64,000 bases of DNA from a virus. Taxonomy: Duplodnaviria > Caudoviricetes. Position 1 is the first letter of the stretch. Each line of letters begins with the position of its first letter. Made by a program: the position numbers and the translations under genes. Below the pieces are notes generated by a model that was not told the DNA's origin, searched no databases, and was given only the letters and a program-made list of their open reading frames with translations. Of this stretch, positions 62,830 through 64,000 are shown in pieces. Location of the stretch: the IMG/VR virus record IMGVR_UViG_3300013121_000046. The stretch is one strand, 5' to 3'.

Positions 62830-64000
62830 CTAGCCAGCCAGTGCGTCGGCCGCGTGAGCCAGTCTGATAAGGCATTTTTCACGACCCAAAATCGCCAGGC
62901 AGTCCCACAAACCGGCCCCCACCCCGCGTCCCGTGGTGGCAACTCGCACCGGATGAACCAGGTCGCCCAGTCTGAAGCCTTGCGCCTCACAAAAGGCGTG
63001 CGCCGCAGCCTCAAGCTGGGCGGACTCAAAAGGATCAACCGCCGACAATCGCTCGGCAAAACTGCGGAGCAATTCGCCCGTGCCGGGGGGCTTCAACCGT
63101 TTCTCCACCGCGCTCGGGTCATACGCGAGGGGCTCGACCAAAAACGGCTCGGCATAGGCCAGAATGTCGCCCGCCACCTTGAGCCGGTCGCCCGCCGCCT
63201 CGATCACGCGGGCGAGCGTCGTCAGCGCCGCAGTCCTCGCGGCGGGTTCGGCCGGCAGCCAACCGGCTCGTTCGACATAGGGCTGCATCCGGGCGAGCTT
63301 CTCGTCGCTCGAAAGCCGCCGCATATATTCTTCCTGGAACGACCAGAGCTTCTTGGGATCGAAGCTGGCCGGCGACTGGTTCACACGTTCCAACGAAAAA
63401 TGTGCGATCATTTCCTGGCGCGAGAGATACTCCGTCTTGTCGTCGAGCGACCAGCCCAAGAGCATCAGGTAGTTGATAATCGCGTCGGGCAAATAGCCCA
63501 CCTGCTCGTAGAAATCGACGATCACGGGGTTAAACGTGTCAGCCGTGGTTTCGAGCCCCAGCAGCTTGGCAATCGCCAGCCCGTGCTCGTTCACCTGGGC
63601 AAAGTCGCGGTTCTTCAGATACTTGTCGAGCTTGCGCTTGCTGAGCTTGTTCTTCGAGCCCGGCTCGGCCACATAGGGCAAGTGGGCATACACGGGAAGC
63701 GGGTAACCGAGCCCCTGGGCGATGAACACCTGCCGGGGCGTGTTCGACAGGTGCTCTTCGGCCCGGATCACATGGGTGATCTTGAAATCGTAGTCATCGA
63801 CCACGCTGGCCAAGTGGTAAAGGCAGGTGCCGTCGGCCCGTTGAATCACATGGTCTTGCTCGCGGGCCCACTCAAACTCCACGCGCCCGCGAACCTGGTC
63901 GTCGAGCACCAGGCTTCCCTCGCGGGGAATCTTGAGTCGCACCACGCCGGCCCGACCTTGGGCCTCGAACCGGCGGCAGGCGTCCGAGGTTTCGGCCATC
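62830..64000 (-). CDS. gltX: Glutamyl-tRNA synthetase, 5' part outside the window (host gene)
   Basis: D.VI.R.DG...YHLASVVDD...ITHVIRAEEH.SNTPRQ, KLSKR, GYLP.A..NYL.LLGW, F.L..V....A.FD.KKL, HPVRVA.TG; high GC. Confidence 0.97.
   Translation of the reverse strand, partial: MAETSDACRRFEAQGRAGVVRLKIPREGSLVLDDQVRGRVEFEWAREQDHVIQRADGTCLYHLASVVDDYDFKITHVIRAEEHLSNTPRQVFIAQGLGYPLPVYAHLPYVAEPGSKNKLSKRKLDKYLKNRDFAQVNEHGLAIAKLLGLETTADTFNPVIVDFYEQVGYLPDAIINYLMLLGWSLDDKTEYLSRQEMIAHFSLERVNQSPASFDPKKLWSFQEEYMRRLSSDEKLARMQPYVERAGWLPAEPAARTAALTTLARVIEAAGDRLKVAGDILAYAEPFLVEPLAYDPSAVEKRLKPPGTGELLRSFAERLSAVDPFESAQLEAAAHAFCEAQGFRLGDLVHPVRVATTGRGVGAGLWDCLAILGREKCLIRLAHAADALAG

Overview
About 62.8 kb of this window (1..~62829) is one uninterrupted, AT-richer tailed-phage genome segment. 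Essentially all of its genes are on the minus strand. It abuts the 3' end of a GC-rich host glutamyl-tRNA synthetase gene (gltX, 62830..>64000) with a Planctomycetota-type insert after the KLSKR motif, so it is most likely a large prophage continuing past the left edge. In transcription order (right to left) it carries: (1) early small genes and five tRNAs (Arg-TCT, Ile2-CAT, Ile-TAT, Ser-TGA, fMet-CAT); (2) HNH, PcfJ-like, PIG-L deacetylase, pectate-lyase-like and SAM methyltransferase genes; (3) a Dam-like MTase, split SbcC pieces, a CAP protein and an intein-containing metallophosphoesterase; (4) a primase, clamp-loader, NusG, 5'-3' exonuclease and two-sigma cluster; (5) a head module with terminase, intein-containing portal, WYL, prohead protease, acidic scaffold, cement protein and an HK97-fold MCP resembling mycobacteriophage Bxz1 (cluster C); (6) a LAGLIDADG / dead-LAGLIDADG-methyltransferase / MT-A70 / dcd operon; and (7) a MoxR ATPase plus vWA-metallopeptidase pair. 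No integrase, tail genes or CRISPR array were recognised in the window. The most unusual items are the active LAGLIDADG paired with a catalytically dead LAGLIDADG-MTase fusion, possible phage replacement of the gltX 3' end, twin tRNA-Ile(UAU/CAU), recurring RRxxLA and (K/R)xA(S/A) motifs in putative virion proteins, an apparent ATT start on a sigma-like gene, and two candidate small RNAs. All protein calls come from motif recognition by eye; no database searches were run.
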